DNA of 64,000 nt from an uncultured Gemmatimonadales bacterium (GTDB taxonomy: Bacteria; Gemmatimonadota; Gemmatimonadetes; Gemmatimonadales; GWC2-71-9). The translations under genes were made by a program, and so were the position numbers. Within the stretch, counting starts at the first letter, position 1, and every line of letters starts with the position of its first letter. Location of the stretch: NCBI GenBank assembly GCA_963844035.1, contig CAWJMT010000003.1, positions 160,001-224,000 on the forward strand. The letters are read 5' to 3'. Shown here piece after piece: positions 8,921 through 22,005 of the stretch. Below the pieces are notes generated by a model that saw only the letters and a list, made by a program, of their open reading frames with translations, was not told the DNA's origin and did not search any database.

Positions 8921-10362
8921 AGCGGTGCGCCAGGTAGGCGAAACGCTGCCGGCGCTTGGGGAGCTCGGCACCGTCGAGTGGAAGGTCGGCGCCACCGGTC
9001 TGCACTGGCAGGGTCATCACCTGCTGCCACGGAACACGCAGGTGGCGGAGCTCGCCGGATTGCTGTTCGCCCGCGGCGTCCGCTCCATTCAGGCGAGCCC
9101 GGGCGTTGTCGCGGACGACATCCTCGCGCTGTTCGGAGTGGCGACGGGCACCATCCCGCCGGACCACCGCAGCCTCGGGAAGCTCACCCTCAGCACCGGA
9201 CGGCGCACCCAGCGGCTCTCGAGGCCGACACCGACGCCCGGCGCGGGGCACACCGGCGATCGAGATCGACCCCGGCCCGCCCGCGGTGGCGGCTGCCCCA
9301 GTCCCGCCTCCCGCCGCCCCGCCGGTTCCCGAGTTCGGGCACACGACGACGGCGGAGTTTCAACCGGACACCGTTCCGGTCGACGTGGCGGTGCGGCGCA
9401 CGCTCGCGGTATTCAGTTCCGCGACCACGGCTGCGGAGCGCGCCGATGCCGTCGCCCGGCTGCAGGCGCTCACGCCGACCGTGCTCGCGCAGCGCGACAT
9501 CGGCCTGGTGGCCGAGGCCGTGGCGGCGCTCGATCAGCTGCTCGGGCGCGTGGACGATCCGGCGCTCGCGGAGGCGATCGGGACTGCCGCGGGGGCGCTG
9601 GCGGACAAGGCGCTCCTGGCCCGCATGGTGGCGCGACTCGGCGAAGCGCGGGTGACCGGCGCGGAGCGGGACGTGCTCCTGTCGGCACTCGGTGCGCTGG
9701 CGTCGGTGTCGGTCGGGGTGGTGTTGAACGCCTACCTCGCGGCGCGCGCCGACTTGAGAGAGCCGTATCGTGCGGTGATTCGGCGGGCAGGCGATCGCGC
9801 GTTGGAGCCGCTCCAGGGGCGGTTGGCGGATTCCGATCCGACGGTCGCCGCGGCGGCCGCCGAGCTGGTGGGCTTGAGCGGCGCGCCGCAGGTGATCGCG
9901 CTGCTGGTCCCGTTGCTCCGCCACGAGTCGGATTTCGTGCGCGAAGCGGCGGTGACGGGCCTGGCGGAAATCGGCGGACGGGAGATCAGCCGTCCCGTCA
10001 TGCCGGCCCTGAAGGACCCGAGCGTCGGTGTGCGGTCGGCCGCGGTGCGGGCGATCGCGGTGGCGGGTGACCTCGGCGCGACGACCGTCCTGGCGCGCCG
10101 CCTGGAGCAGGAAGACGACGAGGGGGTCATCGCGGACCTGCTTCGTGCCATCGGTCGGCTGGGGGCACCGGACGCGCTGGAAACCCTGGCGAAGTACGCC
10201 GAGCCGGGCGGGATGCTCAAGCGGCGCAGTCCAACGGTACGGGCGGCGGCGATCGAAGGCCTGGCCAGGATCACCACGCGCGAAGCGCGGGGCTTGCTGG
10301 AGCTGTACACCCATGACAAGGAGCCGACCGTGCGACGCGCGGCCGAGACGGCAATACGATGA
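8820..10362 (+). CDS. HEAT-repeat protein with N-terminal LYPxxHP domain (frameshift near 9245)
   Basis: N-term RLYPPIHP in ORF 8820; HEAT repeats (LRHESDFVREAAVTGL, LKDPSVGVRSAAVRAI, HDKEPTVRRAA) in ORF 8956..10362. Confidence 0.85.
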
Positions 10363-11348
10363 CGACACAAAAGGCGGCCCCGGCCCCGGCTCCGGCTGGC
10401 GACGCGGCGCTCACGCGCACGATCACGCGGGAGGTGGCGAAGCGGGTGGTCGGCCAGGAGGTCATGGTCGAGCGCCTGCTGATCGGCCTGCTGACCGGCG
10501 GGCACGTCCTGCTCGAGGGCGTCCCCGGCCTAGCCAAAACGCTGGCTGTGCGCACCGTGGCGGAGGCGCTCCGGATCTCGTTCTCGAGGATCCAGTTCAC
10601 GCCGGATCTGCTGCCGGCGGACGTGATCGGCACCATGGTCTTCGATCAGCGCTCGCAGGAGTTCTACGCGAAGAAAGGCCCGCTGTTCGCCAACCTCGTG
10701 CTGGCCGACGAAATCAACCGCGCTCCCGCCAAGGTCCAGGCGGCGCTGCTCGAGGCGATGCAGGAGAAGCAGGTGACGCTCGGCGGCGAGACGTTTTTTC
10801 TGGGCGAGCCGTTTCTCGTCCTGGCTACACAGAACCCGATCGAGCAGGAAGGGACGTATCCCCTCCCGGAGGCGCAGCTCGACCGCTTCATGCTCAAGGT
10901 GCGCGTCGGGTATCCCAGTCGCGATGCCGAGAAGGAGATCGTGGCCCGCATGGCGGGCGGACGCCCGATCGAGGTGCAGCGCATCGCCGAAGCGGGGGAC
11001 ATCCTCGCCGCCCGTAGCGCCATCGCCGAGCTCTTTATGGACCAGAAGGTGGTCGACTACATCGTGGATGTGGTGCGCGCCACCCGCGAGCCGCAGGCGG
11101 TCGGACTTCCGGAGTTGAAGCCCCTCATCGCCTTTGGTGCGTCGCCCCGCGCGTCGATCTACCTGGCGCAGGCGTCGCGGGCGCATGCCTACCTGCGCGG
11201 CCGCTCGTACGTGGTGCCGGAGGACGTGAAGGCGATGGCGTTCGATATTCTGCGCCACCGCGTACTGCTCACCTTCGAGGCCGAGGCGGAGGACATGGAC
11301 GCCGACCGCGTCATCGCCAAGATTCTCGAGGCCGTGCGCGTGCCGTGA
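10359..11348 (+). CDS. moxR: MoxR-family AAA+ ATPase
   Basis: LLEGVPGLAKT, RIQFTPDLLPAD, LADEINRAPAKVQ, TQNPIEQEGTYPLPEAQLDRF. Confidence 0.95.
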   Translation: MTTQKAAPAPAPAGDAALTRTITREVAKRVVGQEVMVERLLIGLLTGGHVLLEGVPGLAKTLAVRTVAEALRISFSRIQFTPDLLPADVIGTMVFDQRSQEFYAKKGPLFANLVLADEINRAPAKVQAALLEAMQEKQVTLGGETFFLGEPFLVLATQNPIEQEGTYPLPEAQLDRFMLKVRVGYPSRDAEKEIVARMAGGRPIEVQRIAEAGDILAARSAIAELFMDQKVVDYIVDVVRATREPQAVGLPELKPLIAFGASPRASIYLAQASRAHAYLRGRSYVVPEDVKAMAFDILRHRVLLTFEAEAEDMDADRVIAKILEAVRVP

Positions 11349-12286
11349 AGTACGCGGGAGAAGAACGCCGGCGTGGCCCCGTATCGCCGGCCCGCACCCG
11401 CCGGCGCACCGTCACCCCCGACGTGCTCCGGCAGGTCAAAGGGATCGAGCTTCGCACCCGCACCCTCGTCAACTCCCTGTTCACCGGCGACTACCGCTCG
11501 GTGTTCCGTGGACAGGGCATCGAGTTTGCCGAGGTACGGGAGTACCAGCACGGCGACGACTTCCGCGCCATCGACTGGAACGTATCCGCGCGGATGGGAC
11601 ATCCGTTCGTGAAGACCTACGTCGAAGAGCGCGAGCTCACCCTCCTGTTGCTCGTGGACCAGTCGGGGTCGCTGCACGTCGGCCGTCGCGCCACCAAGGC
11701 GGCGCTCGCCGTCGAGGTGGCGGCCGTGCTCGCGCTGGCCTCGGCCCGCCACAACGACCGGGTCGGCGCGCTGATGTTCTCGGACACGGTGGAATTCGTG
11801 GTGCGCCCCGCCAAAGGGCGGCCGCACGCGCTCCGGGTCATCCGCGACTTGCTCGCCTTTTCGCCGCGTGGCCGCGGGACCAACCTGGCGGAGGCCCTGC
11901 GCTACGCCACGCGCCTCTTGCGGCACCGCTCGATCGTGGCCGTGTTGTCGGACTTCCGAGCCGAGGGATGGGAGGAGCCGCTCGCGCGGCTGGCCGCGCG
12001 CCATGATGTGGTGGCGGTGACGGTGGACGACGAGCGCGAGCTCGACCTGCCGGACGCCGGCTGGGTGGACCTCCAGGATGCCGAGACGGGCGGCCGTGTG
12101 CTGCTCGATTCGAGTCACGGACCCACTCGCACGCGGTTCCGCGTCGCTGCCGAACGCCAGCTGCAGGAGCGCACGCGCAAGCTGATCCAGGCGGGCGTGG
12201 ATCGCGTGGCGCTCCAGACGCACGTGCCGTACGCCGTTCCCCTGCGCCGGGCGTTCGCCGAGCGGGCCCGCAGGCGCAAGCGATGA
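11345..12286 (+). CDS. DUF58 domain protein
   Basis: GQGIEFAEVREYQHGDDFRAIDWNVSAR, VKTYVEERE, DQSGS. Confidence 0.93.
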   Translation: MKYAGEERRRGPVSPARTRRRTVTPDVLRQVKGIELRTRTLVNSLFTGDYRSVFRGQGIEFAEVREYQHGDDFRAIDWNVSARMGHPFVKTYVEERELTLLLLVDQSGSLHVGRRATKAALAVEVAAVLALASARHNDRVGALMFSDTVEFVVRPAKGRPHALRVIRDLLAFSPRGRGTNLAEALRYATRLLRHRSIVAVLSDFRAEGWEEPLARLAARHDVVAVTVDDERELDLPDAGWVDLQDAETGGRVLLDSSHGPTRTRFRVAAERQLQERTRKLIQAGVDRVALQTHVPYAVPLRRAFAERARRRKR

Positions 12287-13144
12287 GGGCCGCGCGGCGC
12301 CGCGCGGCGTGGGGCGCCGCGCTGAGCGTCGTGGCATTTGCCGCGTTCCCCGGACCGGCGGCCGGACAATGGACCGTCGATCCACCCCGCCCGACGGTGG
12401 GTGACACGGTGTGGTTGGCGCGCGAAGTGACGCTACCCGCCGGATGGCGTGTGCGACCCGGGAAGCTCGACGAGGGCGACGCGATCGGATCGCTGGGCGA
12501 TGCGGCGGTGCTGTGGACACCCGGCGGGTGGCTGATTCGGTACCCCGTGGTCGCCTGGACTACCGGCGCGCATACGATCGTCCTGCCTCCTGTGTGGCGC
12601 CTGGCGCCCGACGGCCGCGCGGACTCCCTCCCGGGCGGTGCGGCTCGGTTCGACGTGCGGAGTGTGATCCCCGACAGCGTGACGCAGCCGCAGCCGCGCG
12701 GGGCCATCGCTCCGTTGCGGCCCAGCCGTCGGCACCCCGGCGTACTGTTGCTCGCGATCGCGGCCTCGGCGGCGCTGCTTGCGGGAGCGATGGCGTGGCG
12801 TCGCCGCCCAGGGCGCGCTCCCGTCCCGCCACCTCAGGTTCCACTAGAACGTGAAGTGCCCGATGCGCGCTGGCTCGCTGCCGGCGAGCCCAAAGCCGTG
12901 GCGGCCCGCGCCGCGCGCCACCTGCGAACGGCGATCGCGCGTGCGCACCCCGATGCGTTCGTGGCCCTCAGCACGACCGAGTGTCTGGCCGCGCTCAAGC
13001 ACACAGATTCCCGATATCCCCCTCCGCCAGCTCACCGAGGTCCTGACGCAGCTCGAGCGGGTCGGGTTCGCGTCGGCCCAGGGGGCGGAGGCGGCGGTGC
13101 TGGCCGAGCGCGCCCGGGCGCTGGCACGGGAGCTCGCGCCGTGA
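12283..13144 (+). CDS. Exported membrane-anchored protein of Bat cluster (frameshift near 13010)
   Basis: Signal peptide, beta-rich domain, TM helix followed by WRRR; lies between DUF58 and VWA genes with overlapping start/stop. Confidence 0.7.
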
Positions 13145-14122
13145 GTTTCGCCCGGCCGTTTCTTCTCTTGTTGCTGGCGGCAATCCCCGCGTGGTGGTGG
13201 CTGCGCGCGCGCCGCCTCGCGCGACTGTCCGGGACGACCATGGGAGATTTACGGCCGGCGGCCGGGGCCGGGGATCGCTTGTGGGTCGCGCGCCTCCCGC
13301 TGATGCTGCGCAGCGTCTGCCTGGCGGCGTGGATCATCGCGGCGGCGGGCCTGCGGCTGGGCGCGGCGCGGGCGGAAGTGCGCACCGAGGGGATTTCGAT
13401 CGTGCTCAGTGTGGACGTGTCCAGCAGCATGCTCGCGGAGGACTTCGCGCCGTCCAACCGCATCGACGTGGCAAAACAGACGGCGATCGAGTTCGTGCGG
13501 GCGCGCAACTCGGATCGCATCGGGCGTGGTGGCGTTCGCGGCGCAGGCTCTCACCCAGGTCCCGATCACGACCGACTATCCGGTTCTCGAGGCCGCGCTG
13601 CAGGGTCTCCGGATCGGGATGCTCGAGGACGGCACGGCGATCGGAACGGGGATTGCGACCGCGGCGAATCGGCTGCGCCACGCGCCGGGGAAGACCAAGG
13701 TCCTGATTCTGCTGACCGACGGCGTGAACAACCGCGGCATCGTCGACCCGCGCACGGCCGCGCAGGCGGCGGCCGCGTTCGGCATCCGCATCTATGCGAT
13801 CGGTGTCGGCACGCGGGGTGAAGCGCCGGTGCCGACCGGGGTGGGGCCGGAGGGGATGCGGTATCAGTCGCTCCCCGTCGAGATCGACGAGCCGCTGTTG
13901 ACGGAGATCGCGACGATGACCGGAGGGCGCTACTTCCGCGCCACCGACTCGCAGTCGCTGAAGCAGATCTTCGGGGAGATCGACCGGCTCGAGAAGAGCA
14001 CCGTCCAGCGCGTTATCTACCGTCGGTTCGACGAGGCGTTTCGCTGGCCGCTGGGTCTCGGGCTGCTGGTGCTCGCTCTCGAGATCGTGCTGTCGGCGAC
14101 CTTCGCGGTGCGGGTGCCGTGA
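13141..14122 (+). CDS. batA: BatA-like VWA domain protein (frameshift near 13522)
   Basis: SFARP N-term TM, DVSSSM MIDAS, GTAIG, ILLTDG, IYAIGVG, TGGRYFRA. Confidence 0.88.
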
Positions 14123-15780
14123 TCACCTTCGACGCACCCTTCGTGCTGTGGCTGGCCCCGGTGGTCGCGGTGGCCGTGTGGCTGGGCGCGGCGTGGGCGC
14201 GGCGCGTGCGACTGCGGCGCGCAGCGCTCTGGTCGGAGCAGACGGCGGCCCTGGCGAGGAACGCGGGCCGGGCGGGCCCGAGCATGGTCGCCGCCGCGGC
14301 GTGCCTCGCCACGGTCGCGCTGGCGGGGCCTCGCTGGGGGCACGAGGCGGTCGTCACCGAAACGCGCGGCCTCAACCTGGCGATCGCGATCGACATCTCC
14401 CGCTCGATGCTCGCGGAGGATGCGAGCCCGAACCGGTTGGGGCGCGCGGCGCGGGAAGCGCGGCGCCTGGTTCAGGACCTGGACGGTGATCGGCTCGGGT
14501 TTGGTGGCGTTCGCCGGGTCGAGCTATATCCTGTCGCCGCTGTCGGTCGACGGATCGGCGCTGCTGCTGTACCTGGACGCCCTGGACCCCGACATCGCCT
14601 CGCAGGGAGGAACCGGCCTGGCTGCGGCGCTGCGACAGGGCGGCGAGCTGCTCCGGGCGGGCACCGAGCTCGCCGATCGCGTGCTCGTGGTGTTTACCGA
14701 CGGCGAGGGGCATGACTCGCTCCCCGGCGTGGTGGCGCAGGCGCGGCGGCTGAACACGGCCGGCGTCCGGCTGATTCTCGTGGCGGAAGGCGGGCGCGCA
14801 CCGGTGCGGATTCCCGTGCGGGATGAAGCCAAAGTGCTGCGAGGATACCAGAAGGACGAATCGGGGAATGAGATCGAGACGAGCCGCCGCGACGATATCT
14901 TAGGCGCCATCGCCGACGCGGCGCAGGGCGCGCAGGTCGCCGCCGACCTTCCCGATCAGGCGGGCGCCGTGCGCGACCTCGTGGCCTCCTACAAGCGCGC
15001 GCGTGCCAGTGAGACGCAGACTGAGCGGGGGCGGCCGCGGGCCTGGGTGCTGCTGCTCGGCGCGGTCGGCTTGCTCATCGCCCAGGCGGCGACGCGCCGG
15101 ACCGCGGCGCTGCTCGGTCTCGCTCTGCTCGTGACGGCTGTCCCCGCGCGGGCCCAGGATTCCACGCGACCGCGCAGCGCGGCCCAGCGTGCGTGGGACC
15201 GCGGCCAGATCGATCGCGCGCGCCGGGCGTACGCGGCGGAGCTTGCGGCGCACCAACAGGACGACGTGGCCTGGTACAACGCCGGCACCGCGGCACTCGC
15301 GGCCGGTGATCGTGAAGGGGCGCGTCAGAGTCTGAGCCGGGCCGCGGCGTCGCTCGTTCCCGACCTGCGGTATCGCGCCCTCTACAACCTGGGCGTGCTC
15401 GCGCTGCGCGAGGCGGACATAGACAGCGTGCATCGCGACGCGCACTTGGCCGAAGCGGAGCGCGCCTACCGCGAAGCGTTGTTGCTGCAGCCCGAGCAGG
15501 TGACCGGCCAAGTGGAATCTGGAGCTCGCGGTGCGGCGGCGCAGTGGCGGTGGAGGCGGCCAATCACCCTCGGGCGGTGGCGGCGGGGGTGGCGGGGTCG
15601 GCGGCGGCGGCGGTGAGTCACCGCGCGGCGGCGGCTCGAGCGGAGCCCCAGGGCGGCGGTCTCAACAAGTCGCAGGCGGAGCAGATTCTCAAGTCGATTG
15701 GACAGGAGGAGCTGCGCACGCGACGCGATCGCACGGGGCGCACCCGGGTGGCCGGCGAGCCGGGAGTGAAGGACTGGTGA
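14119..15780 (+). CDS. BatB-like VWA fused to BatC-like TPR region (frameshifts near 14499, 15505, 15650)
   Basis: LAGPRWG, DISRSM, VFTDGE, then AWYNAG / ALYNLG TPRs, Gly-rich linker, QAEQILKSIGQEE...KDW end. Confidence 0.82.
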
Positions 15781-18114
15781 TCTTCGCGCTCGTTTTGGTC
15801 GCCTTGGCGCAGGGGGGACCGCCGCTCGTGACGGCCAGCGTGGACCGCACGCGGCTCACGGTCGGGGAGGCGCTGGTCCTCACCGTGCGCACGCGCACGC
15901 GCGCGGCGCAGCCGCTCACCTTCACGCTGCCGCCACTCGCGGGGTTTGCCATCGTCGCGACGCACGAAGTGACCGACGTCTCCGTCGGCTCGGGCGCGCG
16001 GCGACATGCTGCGAACCACGGTACGCCAGCTCACGCTGCGCGCGGACCGCGCCGGCCAGCTGGTGATCGGGGCGGTTCGGGCGCAGCAGGGGCGCGCCGC
16101 CGCGGCGACCGCTCCGATTCAGGTGACCGTGGATTCCGCGGTCGGCCGCACGGCGTCGCTCAGCCCGCCGGCGCGGGCGCTGCTCGATGCCGCAGTTCCG
16201 CCGGCGCGCGACGATCAGGTGGCGCTCAGCGTGGTCGTGCGCGCGGAGAGCGTGGTGGTGGGACGGCAGGTCGACATTCTCCTGGCGGCGTGGTTCCCGC
16301 GCGAGCTGCGGTTGCGGCTCCGAGGCCATCCGCAGCTGACCCTGCCGACGCCGCCCGGCGTGTGGGCGTACCCTGAGCAGGTGCCGGACGAATCCGTGGC
16401 ATCGCGGCGGGTGGGCAGCCGGTGGATGGACCTGTACGTCACGCATCGGATCGTCTTTCCCCTCGAGCCCGGCCGGCTGACGATCCCGCCGGCCACCGTG
16501 TCGTACGACGTGCCGGTGTCGTTCTCGATCTTCAGCCGCGAGGAGCGCTATTCGCTGCGCAGCGATTCCACGACGCTCATCGTCCTGCCGCTGCCGGCGG
16601 AGGGGCGTGCCGGCGGACGACCAGCGACTCGTAGCCCAGGACCTGGCGCTGACACTCTCGCTGACCCCGGCGGTGACTCGCGCCGACGAGCCCGTGACCG
16701 CGGTCGCCACCGTGGCCGGTATCGGCAACGTGCCGCTGTGGCCCGAGCCCGCGCTGCAGTGGCCCCGAGGGTTTCGCGACGTACGCCGCGGAGACGGACG
16801 TGCCGGCTGGAACCGCAGCGCGGGCTGGTGGCGGGTACGAAGACGTTCAGCTACCTCGTCGTTGCCGACTCGCCGGGGACCTTCGTGCTTCCCGAGCTGC
16901 GCTATCCGTACTACAACGTCACGACCGCCGGTTACGTCGGTGGCACGGGCTGCGCCGCAGACGCTCAGCGTCCTGGCTACGCCCGAGCCGCGGCCGGCCC
17001 GCGCGTTACCGCCGCTGTTGCGGCGCGAAGGAGAATCCGGGCCCGACCGGTTGGTGCGCGAGGTCGGCCTCTGGGGTTGGCTCGCGCTGCTGCTGTGCCC
17101 CCCGTTCCTCGCGTGGTGGGTCCGGCGCCGCGCAGCGGCCACGAGCGACGCGGACGCGAAACGGCCGACGCTCACCACGCTGGGGCGTCTCGAGCGCGAC
17201 TTTCACACGCTGCTCGCGAGCTACGTCTCGGACCGGGCGGCGCGCGATGGGGACGGGTTGGCGCGGGCCCTGCGCGCTGCGGGCATTGACAGCGCCATCT
17301 CCGATCACGTCATGCGGCTGCGCGACCGCGTGCGCGCGGCACGCTACGGTCCGCTCGGCTTGGGGGACGCGGAAGAGCTGGCCGCCGAGCTGGAGAAGGT
17401 CCTGCGCGTGCTCGGGGCGGATCCCGGCGGTGCGCGCCGGCGGCGCGTAATGGCCGTGCTGGTGTGCGCGGTGTTGCTGGCTCCGCGGGTTGGCGCAGCA
17501 CAGACGGCCGCTCCCGAGGCACTGTATGAGGCGGGGGCGCTGCGCGCCGCGGCTGACTCGTTTGCGGCGCGGGCCGCCGCGCACCCGTTCGTCGCGGCCC
17601 ACTGGTACAACCTCGGCGCGACGCTGTATCGCGCGGGGGCCGATGGCAAGGCCGTAGCGGCCTGGACCCGGGCCGCCCGTCTCGCGCCGCGCGACCGTGT
17701 GGTGTTGCGTGCCCGCGAGTTTCTCTCACCTCCCGACGCCGCCAGCGATCCCCTCCTCGCGGTCGGACCGGCGACGCCTGGTGAATGGGTCCTGGCGGTG
17801 GCCGTCGCCTGGGCCGCGTTGTGGGCGGCCGTGATCGCCCGGCGCCGCCGCGTCGTCCTGATCACACTGGCGGGCTTCACGGCGATCGCGATCGTGTTCG
17901 GCGCGGTGGAGGCGTCCCGCCGCGGGCGGCCGGTCGTGATCGTCATCGCCCCGGGCACCGCGGTGCGGGTGGCCCCATACGGAAGCGCGAATCCCAACGC
18001 GACGGTGGACGCGGGTGCCGCGCTGCTTGCGGTGGGGCGCTACGGCCGCTGGATCGAGGTCCGGCGCCGCGACGGCGTCCACGGCTGGGTCCTCGACTCG
18101 GACGTGGTGCGACT

Positions 18115-18118
<4 letters not shown>
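15777..18118 (+). CDS. BatD-like protein fused to BatE-like TPR+SH3 region (several frameshifts 16000-16940)
   Basis: VTASVDRTRLTVGE, FPLEPGRLTIPPA, GIGNV, then HWYNLG TPR and C-terminal WIEVRRRDGVHGWV SH3-like. Confidence 0.8.
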
Positions 18119-19803
<1,685 letters not shown>

Positions 19804-19880
19804 AATGCGGAATGGGGAATGCGGAATGCGGAATGGGTGGTGTGGTTTCATTCCGCACTCCGCAATCCGCATTCCGCACT
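19804..19880. repeat. Inverted pair of heptamer arrays (AATGCGG / CATTCCG) filling the mutL-miaA gap
   Basis: aatgcgg aatgggg aatgcgg aatgcgg aatg - 13 nt - cattccg cactccg caatccg cattccg cact. Confidence 0.92.
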
Positions 19881-19886
19881 CTGATC

Positions 19887-20859
19887 GTGTCAGACCTGCC
19901 GCTCGTCCCGGTCCTTGTCGGCCCGACAGGGGTGGGGAAGACGGCTGTCGCCGTTGCGCTCGCCGCACTGCGCCCGATCGGGGTGATCTCCGCCGATGCG
20001 CGCCAGGTGTATCGCCGCCTCGACATCGGCACCGCCAAGCCCTCGCCCGCGGTCCAGGCCGCCGTGCCGCACTACGGGATCGACGTGGTCGATCCGGGCG
20101 AGCGCTACAGCGCGGGCCGGTTTGCCCGAGACGCCGCCGGATGGCTCGACCGGGTGCGGGCGGCGGGACGCGAGCCCGTCGTGGTGGGTGGAACCGGCTT
20201 CTACGTGCGCGCGTTGGCGGACGGGTTGTTTCAGGAGCCGCCCCTCGATCCGGCGCGGCGCGAGTCGTTGCGCGCCTGGACGGCCCGGATGCCGGCCGCG
20301 CGGCTGGCGCATTGGGCGGCGCGCCTCGACCGCGGATTCGCGGGAGGCGGACGGCAGCGCGGCGCCCGCGCCATCGAGGTGGCCCTGTTGACGGGGCGGG
20401 CGCTCTCCTGGTGGCAGCGCGAGGCGCGCGAGACCGGCGCAATGCGCCCATGGTACATTCACCTGACGCTGCCGCGCGACGTGCTGCAGCGACGGATCGC
20501 CGCACGGGTGGACCAGATGCTCGCCGCCGGGCTCGTGGCTGAGGTGCGCGGATTGCTCGACAGCGGCCTGGCCGCCGACAGCGCCGGGCCTCGATGGGGT
20601 GGGGTACCGGGAAGTGGTCGCGATGCTGGGTGGCTCGTTGCCGCCCGCCGGCCTGCGGGATGCGATCCTCATCGCTACACGGCGCTACGCCAAGCGGCAG
20701 GACACGTGGTTTCGAAATCAACTGCCAAAGCGCAATCAGCCATCAGCCGTCAGCGGTCAGGAGGACGTGTGGATGCTCAACGCCACCGAGAGCCCAGCAG
20801 CGTTGGCGGCGACCATTTTCGAACGCTGGCAAGCCATCACGCTGATCTCTGATGGCTGA
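19887..20859 (+). CDS. miaA: tRNA dimethylallyltransferase (frameshift near 20585)
   Basis: GPTGVGKT, ISADARQVYRRLDIGTAKP, VVGGTGFY; shifted frame GYREV, TRRYAKRQDTWFR. Confidence 0.93.
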
Positions 20860-20875
20860 AAGCTGACGGCTGACG
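20734..20875. repeat. Inverted heptamer arrays (ATCAGCC-like / GCTGACG-like) bracketing the miaA 3' end
   Basis: aatcagc catcagc cgtcagc ggtcagg (20734-20761) and gctgatc tctgatg gctgaaa gctgacg gctgacg (20841-20875). Confidence 0.85.
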
Positions 20876-20880
20876 ACCTT

Positions 20881-22005
20881 GTGAGAATCGGCATCACCTG
20901 CTATCCGACCTACGGCGGTTCCGGCGCCGTGGCCACCGAGCTGGGGCTCGAGCTGGCGCGGCGCGGGCACGACGTGCATTTCATCGCCTACGCCAGCCCG
21001 TTCCGGCTGCGGGGGTTCTCGGAGCGGGTGACGTTCCACGAAGTGGTGACCGCCGAGTATCCCCTGTTCGAACACTCACCCTATGCGCTGGCGCTCGCCG
21101 TCAAACAGCATGAGGTGGCGCTGCGCGAGCGGCTCGAGCTGATGCACGTGCACTACGCGATCCCGCACGCCGCGACCGCCTGGCTCGCCAAGCAGATGCT
21201 CAAGAACGAGCGTGATCTGAAAGTCGTGACCACGCTGCATGGCACCGACATCACGCTCGTCGGTCAGGACCCGTCGTTCTATACCATTACGAAGTTCTCG
21301 ATCGAGCAATCGGATGCGGTGACTGCTGTCTCGTCCTACCTGCGCGACGAGACGTATCGGGCCTTTGGCTGCATCGGGTGTGATGTGCGCGTCATCCCGA
21401 ACTTCGTCTCGCCGCTCGAGTACCACACGTCCACCGGCACGTCGTTCCGCGGCATTCTCGCCCCGGCCGGTCACAAGATCCTGGTGCACGTCTCGAACTT
21501 CCGGCCGGTGAAACGCATCATCGACGTGATCCGCATCTTCGCCGGGGTACGCCGCGCGATGCCGGCCACGCTGGTGCTGGTGGGCGACGGTCCCGATCGG
21601 GACGCGGCTGAGCAGGAAGCCGACCGGCTCGCCCTCGGCAGGGATGTTCGCTTCCTCGGCAAGGTGGACCAGGTGGCCGAGCTGCTGCGCGGGAGCGATC
21701 TGTTCCTGCTGCCCTCTGAGACCGAGTCGTTCGGCCTGGCGGCACTCGAGGCGATGGCCTGCGGGGTGCCGGTGATCGCGACCGCGGTCGGCGGCCTGCC
21801 CGAGGTCGTGGTGAGTGGTGAAACCGGGTTTCTCGCCCCCGTTGGAGCCGTGGACGCGATGGTGGCCGAGGCGACCGCGATCCTCGCGGATCCGGAACGC
21901 CACGCGCGCATGCGCGCGGCCGCTGCGGACCGCGCGCTCACCTTCGCCACCGAGCGCATCGTGCCGCAGTACGAAGCGCTGTATGAGGAGGTGTTGCGTG
22001 GGTAA
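20881..22005 (+). CDS. bshA: N-acetyl-alpha-D-glucosaminyl L-malate synthase (GT4)
   Basis: MRIGITCYPTYGGSGAVATELG, HVHYAIPHA, TTLHGTDITLVG, HVSNFRPVKR, ESFGLAALEAM. Confidence 0.92.
   Translation: MRIGITCYPTYGGSGAVATELGLELARRGHDVHFIAYASPFRLRGFSERVTFHEVVTAEYPLFEHSPYALALAVKQHEVALRERLELMHVHYAIPHAATAWLAKQMLKNERDLKVVTTLHGTDITLVGQDPSFYTITKFSIEQSDAVTAVSSYLRDETYRAFGCIGCDVRVIPNFVSPLEYHTSTGTSFRGILAPAGHKILVHVSNFRPVKRIIDVIRIFAGVRRAMPATLVLVGDGPDRDAAEQEADRLALGRDVRFLGKVDQVAELLRGSDLFLLPSETESFGLAALEAMACGVPVIATAVGGLPEVVVSGETGFLAPVGAVDAMVAEATAILADPERHARMRAAAADRALTFATERIVPQYEALYEEVLRG

Noticed and set aside
15540..15660. GGC-rich tract
   Set aside because: Encodes the poly-Gly linker of the BatC-like region
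19804..20875. Repeat arrays as CRISPR
   Set aside because: Units are 7-8 nt with no spacers and no cas genes
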